Source: an uncultured Bacilli bacterium (lineage in GTDB: Bacteria > Bacillota_I > Bacilli_A > RF39 > UBA660). From it: 64,000 nt of DNA. Each line of letters begins with the position of its first letter. Positions within the stretch are counted from its first letter, which is position 1. The stretch is from contig CANRCZ010000001.1 in assembly GCA_947629265.1 (NCBI GenBank), forward strand, positions 37,344 to 101,343, read 5' to 3'. Shown piece after piece: positions 19,861 through 29,751 of the stretch. Position numbers and translations under genes: made by a program. Below the pieces are notes generated by a model, which worked only from the letters and a program-made list of their open reading frames with translations, did no database searches and was not told the origin of the DNA.

Positions 19861-20754
19861 ATGCTAAATTTTGATAATATTTTAAGTTGTTACAAAGAGG
19901 TAATGCGAAATACTAGAAACAAAAAAGCTGTTTTAAAATACGATAGTTTAAAATGTGTACACATATATGAAATATATAAAATATTAAAAAATAAAAACTA
20001 CAAAATGTCATCATATAACATATTTAAAATATATGAACCTAAAGAAAGAATAATCGTATCACTAAAACTAACCGATAAAATCATAAACCATCTAGTAACT
20101 AGATGCATCCTTATACCATCTATCATACCTATTTTAATTGACCAAAACGTTGCAACAAGACCTAATATGGGGACTAGTAAAGGAATAGAATACTATAAAA
20201 AATATCGTCAACGTTTTAACTATAAATATGGTAAATATTACATACTAAAATGTGACATAAAAAAATATTTCGCTAGTATCAATCATGATATACTAAAACA
20301 AATGTTAAAAAAAGTAATAAAAGATAACGACGCTTTAAATATTATAAATACCATCATCGATAGCTATCCAACCGGTTTAGCAATCGGATCAATGACAAGT
20401 CAGATTTTAGCGATATTTTACTTAAACGATTTTGATCATTATGTAAAAGAACAATTAAAAATAGAGGGTTATATCAGATATCAAGATGATATACTTTTAT
20501 TTCATAATGATAAACAATACTTAGTTGAATGTTTAGAAAAAATAAAAAATTACCTAAACGATAATTTAAAATTAGAACTAAATAATAAAACAAGAATATA
20601 TCATAGTCATGAAAAACTAATATTTATCGGTTATAACAAAAGTAAAGGTAAAATAAACAATAAAAAACATAAAAGAAGAAAAATATACGATAAAGGTTAT
20701 ATAACCTTAAACAGCTACATATCAAGTATTATGAGTTATAATTATATATCATAA
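19861..20754 (+). CDS. DGR reverse transcriptase
   Basis: YEPKERII and ATRPNMGTSKG (compare bRT YEPKPRLI and ACRPDKGTHAG). Motif-4 IGSMTSQ, the DGR hallmark I/LGxxxSQ that replaces QGxxxSP. Catalytic YQDD. Roughly 300 aa. Confidence 0.9.
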   Translation: MLNFDNILSCYKEVMRNTRNKKAVLKYDSLKCVHIYEIYKILKNKNYKMSSYNIFKIYEPKERIIVSLKLTDKIINHLVTRCILIPSIIPILIDQNVATRPNMGTSKGIEYYKKYRQRFNYKYGKYYILKCDIKKYFASINHDILKQMLKKVIKDNDALNIINTIIDSYPTGLAIGSMTSQILAIFYLNDFDHYVKEQLKIEGYIRYQDDILLFHNDKQYLVECLEKIKNYLNDNLKLELNNKTRIYHSHEKLIFIGYNKSKGKINNKKHKRRKIYDKGYITLNSYISSIMSYNYIS

Positions 20755-20917
20755 TCTAAAAACTATATCATAAAATAAAATAGGAGTATTATTAATGTTG
20801 TATTACATATTGACAAATAATAAATAAAAGGTATAATAATGTAAAAAAATTACATTATTATTTAAAACAATTGTAATTTTTTTACATTTTGTATATAATA
20901 TTATTGGAGATGATATT

Positions 20918-22069
20918 ATGTTGGAAAAAATAAAATTAGATAATTATACAACATTTTTAACACCTACCGACATTGATTTTAAAGCTACTAATTATAAATT
21001 TTTAGAAGATGAAAACGTTGGAAATAATAGAATATTAAAAGGATGTTTATTCGTTGGTGAAAATGCTTCTGGTAAAACCCAAATTCTAAAAAGTATTACC
21101 TTACTACTTGATTTGCTATTTGGTAATAATGAGGTAAATTTAATCGCTAATAAATGTTTTTATACCGATAAACCAACCTATAAACTAGAATATACATTTA
21201 TCGAAGAAAAAGAAATTGTCTACTCAATTGAATTAGGTCCTAATGAAATTGTTTCTGAAAAACTTATACTTGATAAACAAGTTATCTTAGAAAGATTAGG
21301 TAATACCGCTAAATTTAGTTTAAACGAAGAAAAAACATTTAATGATATTTCAAATAAACTACTATTCTTACGTAGAATATACTTTGATACTAATTTTTAT
21401 GAAAATAAAATTTTAAATAAATGGTTTGAATATATGAAAAAATCAGTATATATTAACTGTTACTACCGAACCGTTTTAACCTATTCAGGAACTAGTTTAT
21501 TAGTTCATGAATACCTAAACAATAATAATGTCGATACGATCAATAACTTTTTAGAAAAAATAAACTATAAACAAAAAATTGAATATAGTACTGAAAACTC
21601 TAGTTTAAACAATAAATTTTCTATTAAATCAAATGATAATACCAAGTTTATTTCCTTTAATAAACAAGGTACGGATATTTATATTCCTGAAATGTTTGAA
21701 TCAACAGGTAATATAACATTAATGGAGCTATTACCATCATTTTTACATGCTATCAATAATGAATGTATGATTATTATTGATGAATTTAGTAGTGGCTTTC
21801 ATAACGAACTAGAAGAATGTATAATAAAATATTTCTTTCATTATTCAAAAAATTCGCAATTGTTCTTTACATCACATTCTACAAACATATTAAATAATAC
21901 AATCATAAGACCAGATCAAATATATGCTGTTAATTTTGACTCTAAAAAAGGATCTATATTAAAAAGATTTTCTGAAGAAATGCCAAGAGAGTCACAAAAT
22001 ACAGAAAAAATGTATTTAAAAGGCATTTTTGATGGAATGCCAGATTATAACAAAGTCTTTAAAGACTAA
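20918..22069 (+). CDS. standalone AAA_21/ABC-type ATPase (possible defence or abortive-infection family)
   Basis: Walker A GENASGKTQ. Walker B-like IIIDEFSSGFHNELEE. H-loop region LFFTSHSTNILN. No partner gene adjacent. Confidence 0.5.
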   Translation: MLEKIKLDNYTTFLTPTDIDFKATNYKFLEDENVGNNRILKGCLFVGENASGKTQILKSITLLLDLLFGNNEVNLIANKCFYTDKPTYKLEYTFIEEKEIVYSIELGPNEIVSEKLILDKQVILERLGNTAKFSLNEEKTFNDISNKLLFLRRIYFDTNFYENKILNKWFEYMKKSVYINCYYRTVLTYSGTSLLVHEYLNNNNVDTINNFLEKINYKQKIEYSTENSSLNNKFSIKSNDNTKFISFNKQGTDIYIPEMFESTGNITLMELLPSFLHAINNECMIIIDEFSSGFHNELEECIIKYFFHYSKNSQLFFTSHSTNILNNTIIRPDQIYAVNFDSKKGSILKRFSEEMPRESQNTEKMYLKGIFDGMPDYNKVFKD

Positions 22070-22178
22070 TTAATTTGTTTTTAAGGTTTAAGCATTTTAA
22101 CGTATGATACTATCAAATATTATCAGTAATTTGACTATTATATGAAATTATGGTAAAATTTATTTGTGAGGTGAAAAT

Positions 22179-22916
22179 GTGAAACCACAATCGGTTGGCC
22201 TTGTAATGAGTGTTGCCACTGGATTGGTAATATTATTTGCATCTATATTTTGTATTAATGTTATCAATGATGACACACGAAATTACTCTAGTTCATTAGA
22301 TACATCTAAGATTTTAGATAGTGTGGATAATGTTCTAGACAACGAAAACGAAAAATTAATGCTTGATCGTAGTAAGATTTTGTCTTCAGTTGCTACCGGT
22401 GAAATCATCAAAGGTACAGAAGAAGAAATCAAAGCTTCACAACAAAAAGCTATTGAAGAAGCTACTTTAAAAGCTATTGAAGAAGAAAAGAAACGTAAAG
22501 TTTATAATAATCTTACTTTAGAAGAATTAAGTAATAAAATAAATAAAGTATTTAAAGGCTCATATTTAGCAAATACAGGTGAGTTATTTGCAAGCTATTC
22601 ATTAGAAAAAAAAGTTGATACTTATACAGCTGTAGCGATTGTTTTATTAGAAACCGGTTGCTATAGTAACTGTAGTAAACAAGTAAGAACTTGTAACAAC
22701 GTTGGTGGTATGAAAGGTGGACCAAGTTGTAATGGTACGTCATATAAGTACTTTAAAACAAAAGAAGAGGGTATTAAAAGCTTTATAGATAATTTATCAA
22801 AAAATTACTATAAACAAGGCTTAGATACTCCAGAAAAAATGAATAAAAAATATGCAGCAAGTAGTACTTGGGCCAAAAAAGTAAATAAATATATTGATAT
22901 AATAAAAAAAGTCTAG
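22179..22916 (+). CDS. secreted glucosaminidase-domain-like cell-wall hydrolase (GTG start)
   Basis: N-terminal TM/signal. The C-terminal segment AIVLLETG...KYFKTKEEGIKSFIDNLSKNY resembles mannosyl-glycoprotein endo-beta-N-acetylglucosaminidase domains. Confidence 0.45.
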   Translation: MKPQSVGLVMSVATGLVILFASIFCINVINDDTRNYSSSLDTSKILDSVDNVLDNENEKLMLDRSKILSSVATGEIIKGTEEEIKASQQKAIEEATLKAIEEEKKRKVYNNLTLEELSNKINKVFKGSYLANTGELFASYSLEKKVDTYTAVAIVLLETGCYSNCSKQVRTCNNVGGMKGGPSCNGTSYKYFKTKEEGIKSFIDNLSKNYYKQGLDTPEKMNKKYAASSTWAKKVNKYIDIIKKV

Positions 22917-22937
22917 TTTATTTAAACTAGGCTTTTT
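22913..22937. terminator. bidirectional terminator between convergent genes
   Basis: ctagtttatttaaactag hairpin followed by a T-run. Confidence 0.6.
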
Positions 22938-22950
22938 ACTTAATTATAAC

Positions 22951-23778
22951 TTAATAAGCTATTTTCCAAGCTTTTTGACCAAATTGATCTTGTCCCTCAC
23001 CAGTTGTTAAAATACCAGTTTTAAGAACTATTACAGGACGGAAACCATTTAAGCCACTTGCAGTGGATGGACGACCATCAGCAAGCATGTAATATAGACC
23101 AGTACCACCACTAGGATTTGCTAGCCAATAAACTGTTCCTATGCTTCGTAATGGATCACTCTGATTAAGATTTTCAATTTCTTCTAATTTAATTGAATGA
23201 GCTGAATCTGCAAATGTGTCATTTACATACAGTTTTTGAGCTCTATCATTTAATTTATTTATACTATCAGTTGAATTGCTTCCAAAATAATAACATTCAG
23301 GTATTCCAGCATGAATTAATGTTACCGTTTTATTGACTGTATCTTTTGATAAAATCCGCCAGCCTTTTAATGTAGTTTTATGAGTGTCACTATAACATTG
23401 ATCTATACTATCATTTTTACTATTACCTATTGTGTAGCCACCAAATTCATCTCTATTACTTGGTATTTCTTTTGTTTCATTCCATTTACCAGCATCATAC
23501 GCAACATAATCTCCTACATTTGCCACATCCGCTAAATATCTGGTTACCTTTCCACAAGCATTTACATTTTCTTCCAACTTATCAATTTTAACAATGGATG
23601 TATTGATTAAATCATCCAAAGCTTGTTTAACAGTAATAGTTTTATTATCTTTAGTATAACTAACACTTTCACTACTTAATTGACTAACACCATATGTAAT
23701 ACTAGTCGCTAATACAGCACCACATATAGATCCAACAATAAATTTTTTTTGACTTAACAACTTGTTAATAAGTTTCAT
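22951..23778 (-). CDS. DGR-target family paralog (intact signal peptide plus CLec-like C-terminal domain; VR-like region diverged from the TR)
   Basis: N-terminus ...ITYGVSQLSSESVSYTKDNKTITVKQALDDLI matches the frame-restored N-termini of the two G-tract genes. C-terminus YWLANPSGG...GFRPVIVLKTGILTTGEGQDQFGQKAWKIAY. Confidence 0.75.
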   Translation of the reverse strand: MKLINKLLSQKKFIVGSICGAVLATSITYGVSQLSSESVSYTKDNKTITVKQALDDLINTSIVKIDKLEENVNACGKVTRYLADVANVGDYVAYDAGKWNETKEIPSNRDEFGGYTIGNSKNDSIDQCYSDTHKTTLKGWRILSKDTVNKTVTLIHAGIPECYYFGSNSTDSINKLNDRAQKLYVNDTFADSAHSIKLEEIENLNQSDPLRSIGTVYWLANPSGGTGLYYMLADGRPSTASGLNGFRPVIVLKTGILTTGEGQDQFGQKAWKIAY

Positions 23779-23881
23779 AAACTTAACCTACTTTCTAATC
23801 ATATCTTCATTTTAGATTATACAGTCGCAAAAGTCAATACATTTTGCGCAATAAATCAAAATGTTGTTAGGTGATGTTTTA

Positions 23882-24343
23882 ATGAAAGTTAATAATCTAA
23901 ACTTAAAATATAAAAGCTTAAGAGAAGATAATGATAAAACTCAACAAGAAATCGCTGATTTTCTAAACGAAAAAAGAAGCACATATTCAAAATGGGAAAG
24001 TGGTTATAACGATATACCACTAGAAAAAGCTAATGAGCTTGCCAATTACTACCATACCTCCCTAGATTATCTTCTAGGATTATCAAATAAACATCTAAAA
24101 ATAGACAAAAACTTAAATATAGATTGGCAAAAGATATCAAGTAGACTTAAAACATTAAGAAAAGAACATAAACTAACCCAAACAGAACTAGGTAATAAAG
24201 TAGGTTTTCTACAGAAGACGTATTCACAATACGAGAATGTTACCTTTAAAATAACGACCAATAAACTACTTTATATCGCGAAATTCTATAACGTATCTAT
24301 GGATTACTTAACCGGACGCTTAGATAAAAAACATATAATATAA
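23882..24343 (+). CDS. tandem-HTH XRE-family transcriptional regulator, divergent from the paralog at 22951-23778
   Basis: Two HTH_XRE units (QQEIADFLNEKRSTYSKWESG and QTELGNKVGFLQKTYSQYEN). RBS AGGTGA before the ATG at 23882. Confidence 0.65.
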   Translation: MKVNNLNLKYKSLREDNDKTQQEIADFLNEKRSTYSKWESGYNDIPLEKANELANYYHTSLDYLLGLSNKHLKIDKNLNIDWQKISSRLKTLRKEHKLTQTELGNKVGFLQKTYSQYENVTFKITTNKLLYIAKFYNVSMDYLTGRLDKKHII

Positions 24344-24690
24344 TTACTATGTTGACGATATAATAGAATTATGATAATTTAAAAAAGAGGTGTATTATAT
24401 ATGAAAAAAAGTACAAAAAAAGTTAATAAAAAAGACGAATTAACTAATCCAAAACCTAGTAAAGAACTACTAGAATCTTTAGAAGAGGGAAAAAAGATCA
24501 TACAAGAGATAAAAAAAGGAAAAAGACAAGGATATAATAACGTTAATGAAATGATGAGGAATATACTAAATGATTAACGTTAAAATAAAATATTAATAAA
24601 AAGATATCTACTAAAATGTCGATAAATGACTTACGAAAGTTATTCTAAAATGGCGATACCCTAACTATATTTAAGTATAGGAGGTATTCC

Positions 24691-27267
24691 ATGACAAACA
24701 TTAAAATCGGACTTACTAGTACAGAGGTAATAAAAAGAAGAAACGAATTTGGAACTAATGCACTATCAAATAATAACACCAATAGCTTCACTAAAAAACT
24801 TATTCAAAGTTTAGCAGATCCAATCATCAGAATTTTATTAATAGCCTTAGCTGTAAAAACAATATTCCTATTTAAAAACTTTGATTGGTATGAAACAATC
24901 GGTATCGTAATCGCTATACTGGCAGCCTCTTTAATATCTACCATATCAGAATACGGTAGCGAAAAAGCTTTCATAAAATTACAAGAAGAATCATCAAAAA
25001 TAAACTGCCGTGTTAAAAGAGATGAAAAACTACAAGAAATAAACGTCGATGAGGTCGTTGTCGGTGATATCGTCTACTTACAGTCAGGTGACCGTATACC
25101 AGCCGATGGAATCATTAGAGAGGGTGAAATATCCGTCGACGAGTCAATGATAAACGGTGAAGCTAAAGAAGCTTATAAAGATACAAAAAATAACATTTTA
25201 TATAAAGGAACAGTCGTCTATTCCAAAGAAGCTATCATGGAGGTAACTAAAGTTGGAAAAGATACCATATACGGTAAAATAGCACTTGAACTACTAGAAA
25301 AAGAAGCACCTAGTCCTTTAAACCTAAGACTAAAAGATCTAGCGAAAACGATCAGCAAAATCGGTTATATCGGAGCTTTCCTAGTAGCCCTATCCTACCT
25401 ATTTGCTGTCGTCGTTTTAAAAAACAACTTTGAAATACCTAAAATGATAGCCGAATTAACTAACTTTAAAATCATGTTTGGCCATATCCTATACGCTATG
25501 ACCTTATGCGTAACCATTATCATCGTCGCCGTACCAGAAGGACTACCGATGATGATCACTTTAGTATTATCATCCAATATGAAAAGAATGTTAAAAAGTA
25601 ACGTCCTAGTTAGAAAACTAGTCGGTATCGAAACATCAGGTAACTTAAATATCCTCTTTACCGATAAAACAGGAACCCTAACCAATGGTAAATTAAATGT
25701 CATCGGTGTTGTAAATGGTAACCTAAAAGAATATAGTAGTATATTAGAACTTGAAAAATATAGTAGATACTATAAACTAGTTACAATGTCGATGATCTGT
25801 AATAACGGAGCTACCCAAACCGAAAACGGAATTATCGGTGGTAACCTAACCGATAGAGCTATACTAAAATTTGCAAGTAATATAAAACTAAACTATAAAA
25901 AAATCGATACCGTACCTTTTAATAGCAAAGACAAAATGATGAAAACAACTATCGATATCGGTAAAAAAATTGAGCTAATCAAAGGAGCTCCCGAAAAAAT
26001 AATCAGTAGCTGTACCTATTACTATAACGAATTCGGTGAAAAAAAACTTATAAACCGTCTAAAACTAAACGAACAATTAGAAAAATATACCAAATGTGGA
26101 ATCCGTGTTTTAGCAATGGCGATAAACGAAAACAAAATATCTAAAAACTATACCTTTGTTGGACTAGTTTTAATCAAAGATGAAATAAGAAAAGAAACCA
26201 TCCAAGGTATCAATATGATAAAAGATGCCCATATCGATATCGTTATGATAACCGGTGATAACAAAGATACCGCCTTAAGTATCGGTAAAGAAATCGGATT
26301 ATTAGATAGTGAGTACGACGTCATTTTAACAAGCGAAGAGATGAATAGACTGAATGATGAAGATCTAAAAAGAATTATCCCTAACCTAAAAATAGTCGCT
26401 AGAGCCTTACCTCAAGATAAAAGTCGCCTCATCAAACTAAGTCAACAAATGGGACTAGTTGTCGGTATGACTGGCGATGGCGTTAATGATGCCCCAGCCT
26501 TAAAAAAAGCTGACGTTGGCTTCGCTATGGGAAGCGGTACCGAGGTAGCTAAAGAAGCTAGTGATATCGTTATTTTAGATGATAATATACTATCGATATC
26601 CAATGCTATTTTATATGGTAGAACCATCTTTAAAAGTATCAGAAAATTTATAATCCTCCAGCTAACTATCAACCTATGTGCTATGGGATTATCCCTAATT
26701 GGACCATTCATCGGTATCGATACTCCAGTAACCGTTATCCAAATGCTATGGATAAATATGATTATGGATACCTTAGCTGGCGTCGCTTTCGCCTTTGAAC
26801 CACCAATGAAAGAATACATGAAAGAATACCCTAAACGAAAAGATGAACCGATCATAAATAAATACATGCTAAACGAAATCGGTTTAACCGGTCTTTACTC
26901 AACCATCCTATGTATCCTATTTTTAAAACTACCTATATTAAATAAAATATATGAAAGTGAAAGTTCTCTATTAACAGCCTTTTTTGGACTATTCATCTTC
27001 ATCGATATCTTTAACTGTTTAAACGCTAGAACTGAACGGATGAATATCTTAAAAAATATCAATAAAAACAAAGTATTCATCATTATTATAACGTTTATCA
27101 TCGTCGTTCAATTAGGTTTAATCTACTTTGGTGGATCGGTCTTTAGAACCTCAGGATTAAGCTTCATCGAGCTAGAAATTATGATTTTAATCGCTAGTAC
27201 GGTTATTCCTTTTGATATGTTAAGAAAATATATGTTAAAACATCAAAACAAAATTAACCATGTATAA
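24691..27267 (+). CDS. P-type ATPase, P2-type cation (probably Ca2+) transporter
   Basis: DKTGTLT phosphorylation motif, GDGVNDAPAL hinge and 10-TM topology. No HMA or CPC motif. Confidence 0.8.
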   Translation: MTNIKIGLTSTEVIKRRNEFGTNALSNNNTNSFTKKLIQSLADPIIRILLIALAVKTIFLFKNFDWYETIGIVIAILAASLISTISEYGSEKAFIKLQEESSKINCRVKRDEKLQEINVDEVVVGDIVYLQSGDRIPADGIIREGEISVDESMINGEAKEAYKDTKNNILYKGTVVYSKEAIMEVTKVGKDTIYGKIALELLEKEAPSPLNLRLKDLAKTISKIGYIGAFLVALSYLFAVVVLKNNFEIPKMIAELTNFKIMFGHILYAMTLCVTIIIVAVPEGLPMMITLVLSSNMKRMLKSNVLVRKLVGIETSGNLNILFTDKTGTLTNGKLNVIGVVNGNLKEYSSILELEKYSRYYKLVTMSMICNNGATQTENGIIGGNLTDRAILKFASNIKLNYKKIDTVPFNSKDKMMKTTIDIGKKIELIKGAPEKIISSCTYYYNEFGEKKLINRLKLNEQLEKYTKCGIRVLAMAINENKISKNYTFVGLVLIKDEIRKETIQGINMIKDAHIDIVMITGDNKDTALSIGKEIGLLDSEYDVILTSEEMNRLNDEDLKRIIPNLKIVARALPQDKSRLIKLSQQMGLVVGMTGDGVNDAPALKKADVGFAMGSGTEVAKEASDIVILDDNILSISNAILYGRTIFKSIRKFIILQLTINLCAMGLSLIGPFIGIDTPVTVIQMLWINMIMDTLAGVAFAFEPPMKEYMKEYPKRKDEPIINKYMLNEIGLTGLYSTILCILFLKLPILNKIYESESSLLTAFFGLFIFIDIFNCLNARTERMNILKNINKNKVFIIIITFIIVVQLGLIYFGGSVFRTSGLSFIELEIMILIASTVIPFDMLRKYMLKHQNKINHV

Positions 27268-27342
27268 TTGACAAAAAATTAACAACCATATCACTAATTG
27301 TCGGTACTATTGCATTTATTTGTAATAAATGTTAAAATGTAA

Positions 27343-27897
27343 TTGGTGATATATATGATTATGCTTCACAAAAACTTACAAGAACAAGGATTTAGTAATT
27401 ATCAAATTCAAAGTTTAGTTAAAAAGAAAGCCCTTTATTTTGTCGATAAAGGCATATATTCAACAACCAAAGAAATCGATTACCTAGAGGTAATATCAAA
27501 AAAACACCCAAATGGTGTCTTTACCCTAGAAACAGCATGTTATATCTATGGTTTAATAAATAAAAATACAGAACCATATGTCATTGCTACTAAACAAAAA
27601 GATCGAAAAATAAAAGATGAAAAAATCAAACAAATATTTATGAAAGATAACTTATATGAAATAGGAATTAATCAAGTTAAATTTAGAAATATCAATATCA
27701 GAGTTTACGATCTAGAAAGAGTTTTAATCGACGTCGTAAGAAATAAAAAAAACATGGACTTTGATACATATAGTGAGATAATTCAAGCATATAAAAGAAT
27801 ATCAAAATTATTAAACAAAAGAAAATTAGAATTATATCTACCTAATTTTAAAGATAAAAAAATAATTACCCGTATTCAAAATGAGGTATTTAATTAA
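27343..27897 (+). CDS. orphan AbiEi-family (type IV TA antitoxin-like) wHTH protein
   Basis: LVKKKALYFVDKGIYS...ACYIYGL and the LERVLIDVVR motif resemble AbiEi N-terminal and ERTLLD segments. No AbiEii partner nearby. Confidence 0.4.
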   Translation: MVIYMIMLHKNLQEQGFSNYQIQSLVKKKALYFVDKGIYSTTKEIDYLEVISKKHPNGVFTLETACYIYGLINKNTEPYVIATKQKDRKIKDEKIKQIFMKDNLYEIGINQVKFRNINIRVYDLERVLIDVVRNKKNMDFDTYSEIIQAYKRISKLLNKRKLELYLPNFKDKKIITRIQNEVFN

Positions 27898-27903
27898 AAG
27901 GAA

Positions 27904-28758
27904 CTAGTTATATAGTTCCTCTTTTAAATACTCGATATTTTCATTCATAAGACTAATATAGTCTTCTTTATTTTTAATTTCTTCTTCTGTTAAAGTAGAT
28001 AATTTATTTAATTCTACTACCTTAGCATTAGTACTATTAACAATATTTTTAACTGTACTATTTAAGTGATCTTTATCTAAAGTATATATATAATCTAAAT
28101 CACCATTTAATAAGGTTGTAGCATCACTTATAACTTTATCAGTTAAGTTATCATTTTCTTCTAAAGAAATAATCGTAAAACCATATTTTTCTAAAAATTT
28201 TAAAGCATTATTATCAACTATCAATGTAGGATTAGTACTATTTTCACTCATCAATTTTAAATTAGCATCGATATTTGATATAGTAACCTTTAAATTATCA
28301 TAATTTTGATTGATTTCTTCGATTAGATAATGGTTATCAATATATTTAAGTAGACCATTTTTAATGTTTAAAGCGATCATTAAAAAGTTAGATGGATCAA
28401 GCCATAATTCATTGATATCATAATTCATTTCCATACTTTGGGTTGCATCGATAATCATTAGATCTTTATTGTATTTAAACATATCGTTGACATAACCTTT
28501 TTCAGTACTAATTCCATTAAAGATATATAGATTAGTACGACTGTATTCTTTTATCTGTTTTTTGGTTAGGTTATAACTTGATATATCACTACCAGCTGGA
28601 TAGATACTAGAGATAGTACTATGTTCACCATATAAAGTGTTAGTTATATATTCGATTGGATAAGTAGTTGTATAAATATTAATACCATCTAAATTGTCTT
28701 TTTTAAAACATCCTGTAACGAGAAACAAACTAATCATCAGTACAATTATCTTTTTCAT
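27904..28758 (-). CDS. lipoprotein, divergent TroA/ZnuA-like substrate-binding fold
   Basis: Lipobox LVTGC. YTTTYPIEYITNTLYG...IYPAGSDISSY...LYIFNGI parallels cluster-9 SBPs, but the metal-ligand His residues are replaced. Confidence 0.45.
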   Translation of the reverse strand: MKKIIVLMISLFLVTGCFKKDNLDGINIYTTTYPIEYITNTLYGEHSTISSIYPAGSDISSYNLTKKQIKEYSRTNLYIFNGISTEKGYVNDMFKYNKDLMIIDATQSMEMNYDINELWLDPSNFLMIALNIKNGLLKYIDNHYLIEEINQNYDNLKVTISNIDANLKLMSENSTNPTLIVDNNALKFLEKYGFTIISLEENDNLTDKVISDATTLLNGDLDYIYTLDKDHLNSTVKNIVNSTNAKVVELNKLSTLTEEEIKNKEDYISLMNENIEYLKEELYN

Positions 28759-28976
28759 TATATCTTCCTTTCTGGTACGGGATCAAAACCGTATTTACCT
28801 AGTGGCCTACAGCGAATTATTCTTCTAATACCTAAATAACCACCTTTGATGACACCAAATCTTTCGATAGCGGTTATCATATATTCTGAACAAGTTGGCG
28901 TAAAACGACATAAGTTATGTAAGTGACTAGGTGTATTTTGATAGCACTTAATAAGCTTTATGATTATTTTTTTCAT
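28758..28976 (-). CDS. yidD: membrane protein insertion efficiency factor YidD
   Basis: CRFTPTCSEY motif in a 72-aa protein. Confidence 0.8.
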   Translation of the reverse strand: MKKIIIKLIKCYQNTPSHLHNLCRFTPTCSEYMITAIERFGVIKGGYLGIRRIIRCRPLGKYGFDPVPERKI

Positions 28977-29041
28977 ATAATCAATTATACTAAAAAAATA
29001 CTTGTTTGTAAATATGAACGAGTGATATAATCTTTATAGAA

Positions 29042-29716
29042 ATGAGTGAGAAGATGAAAATACTTGATGAACTTGGTATTAAAACCGATCAATTAGAATT
29101 ATATGAAACCGCTTTTACCCATACGTCGTACGCTAATGAGCATGGACTTACTAGTTATGAAAGGTTAGAGTTTTTAGGCGATGCTGTTTTAGAGCAAGTG
29201 ATGAGTGAATATTTGTATAAAAATACTGATTATAATGAGGGTAAGATGACTAAGATGCGAGCTCACTATGTCTGTGAAAATGCCTTATATGAATATTCTT
29301 TAAAGTTAGGACTTAATGATTATTTAAGATTAGGTAATGGTGAAAGTTTAAATGGTGGTAAATATAGGAAAGCTATTGTAGCAGATATCTATGAAGCTTT
29401 TATTGGCGCTTTATTTTTAGATCAAGGTATCGAAACCGCTAAAGCTTTTATTTATCAAACCGCCATTCCTTGTTTAGAAAACCATACGATCGACTTTTTT
29501 GATGATTATAAATCGAAACTACAAGAACTCGTTCAAACTGATAAAAGGAGTTTAGAATACGTCATAACTAAAGAGGAGGGACCAGCTCACAACCGAACTT
29601 TTACCGCTATTGTCAAAATCGATGATATTATCTATGGTGAGGGTGTCGCTCATAGCAAAAAAGAAGCTGAACAAGAAGCTGCTAAAAACGCTTTAGAAAA
29701 AAGTGCTAGTATATAA
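29042..29716 (+). CDS. rnc: ribonuclease III
   Basis: ERLEFLGDAVL signature and a C-terminal dsRBD. Confidence 0.85.
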   Translation: MSEKMKILDELGIKTDQLELYETAFTHTSYANEHGLTSYERLEFLGDAVLEQVMSEYLYKNTDYNEGKMTKMRAHYVCENALYEYSLKLGLNDYLRLGNGESLNGGKYRKAIVADIYEAFIGALFLDQGIETAKAFIYQTAIPCLENHTIDFFDDYKSKLQELVQTDKRSLEYVITKEEGPAHNRTFTAIVKIDDIIYGEGVAHSKKEAEQEAAKNALEKSASI

Positions 29717-29751
29717 ATGATAATTTAACCAATAATAATATTGGTGATATA

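Larger units (their letters stand above)
17472..20754 (+). mobile_element. diversity-generating retroelement cassette: target(VR), MutS-I-like ORF, avd, TR, RT
   Basis: See the component features below. Adenine-specific TR/VR divergence together with a DGR-type RT. Confidence 0.85.
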
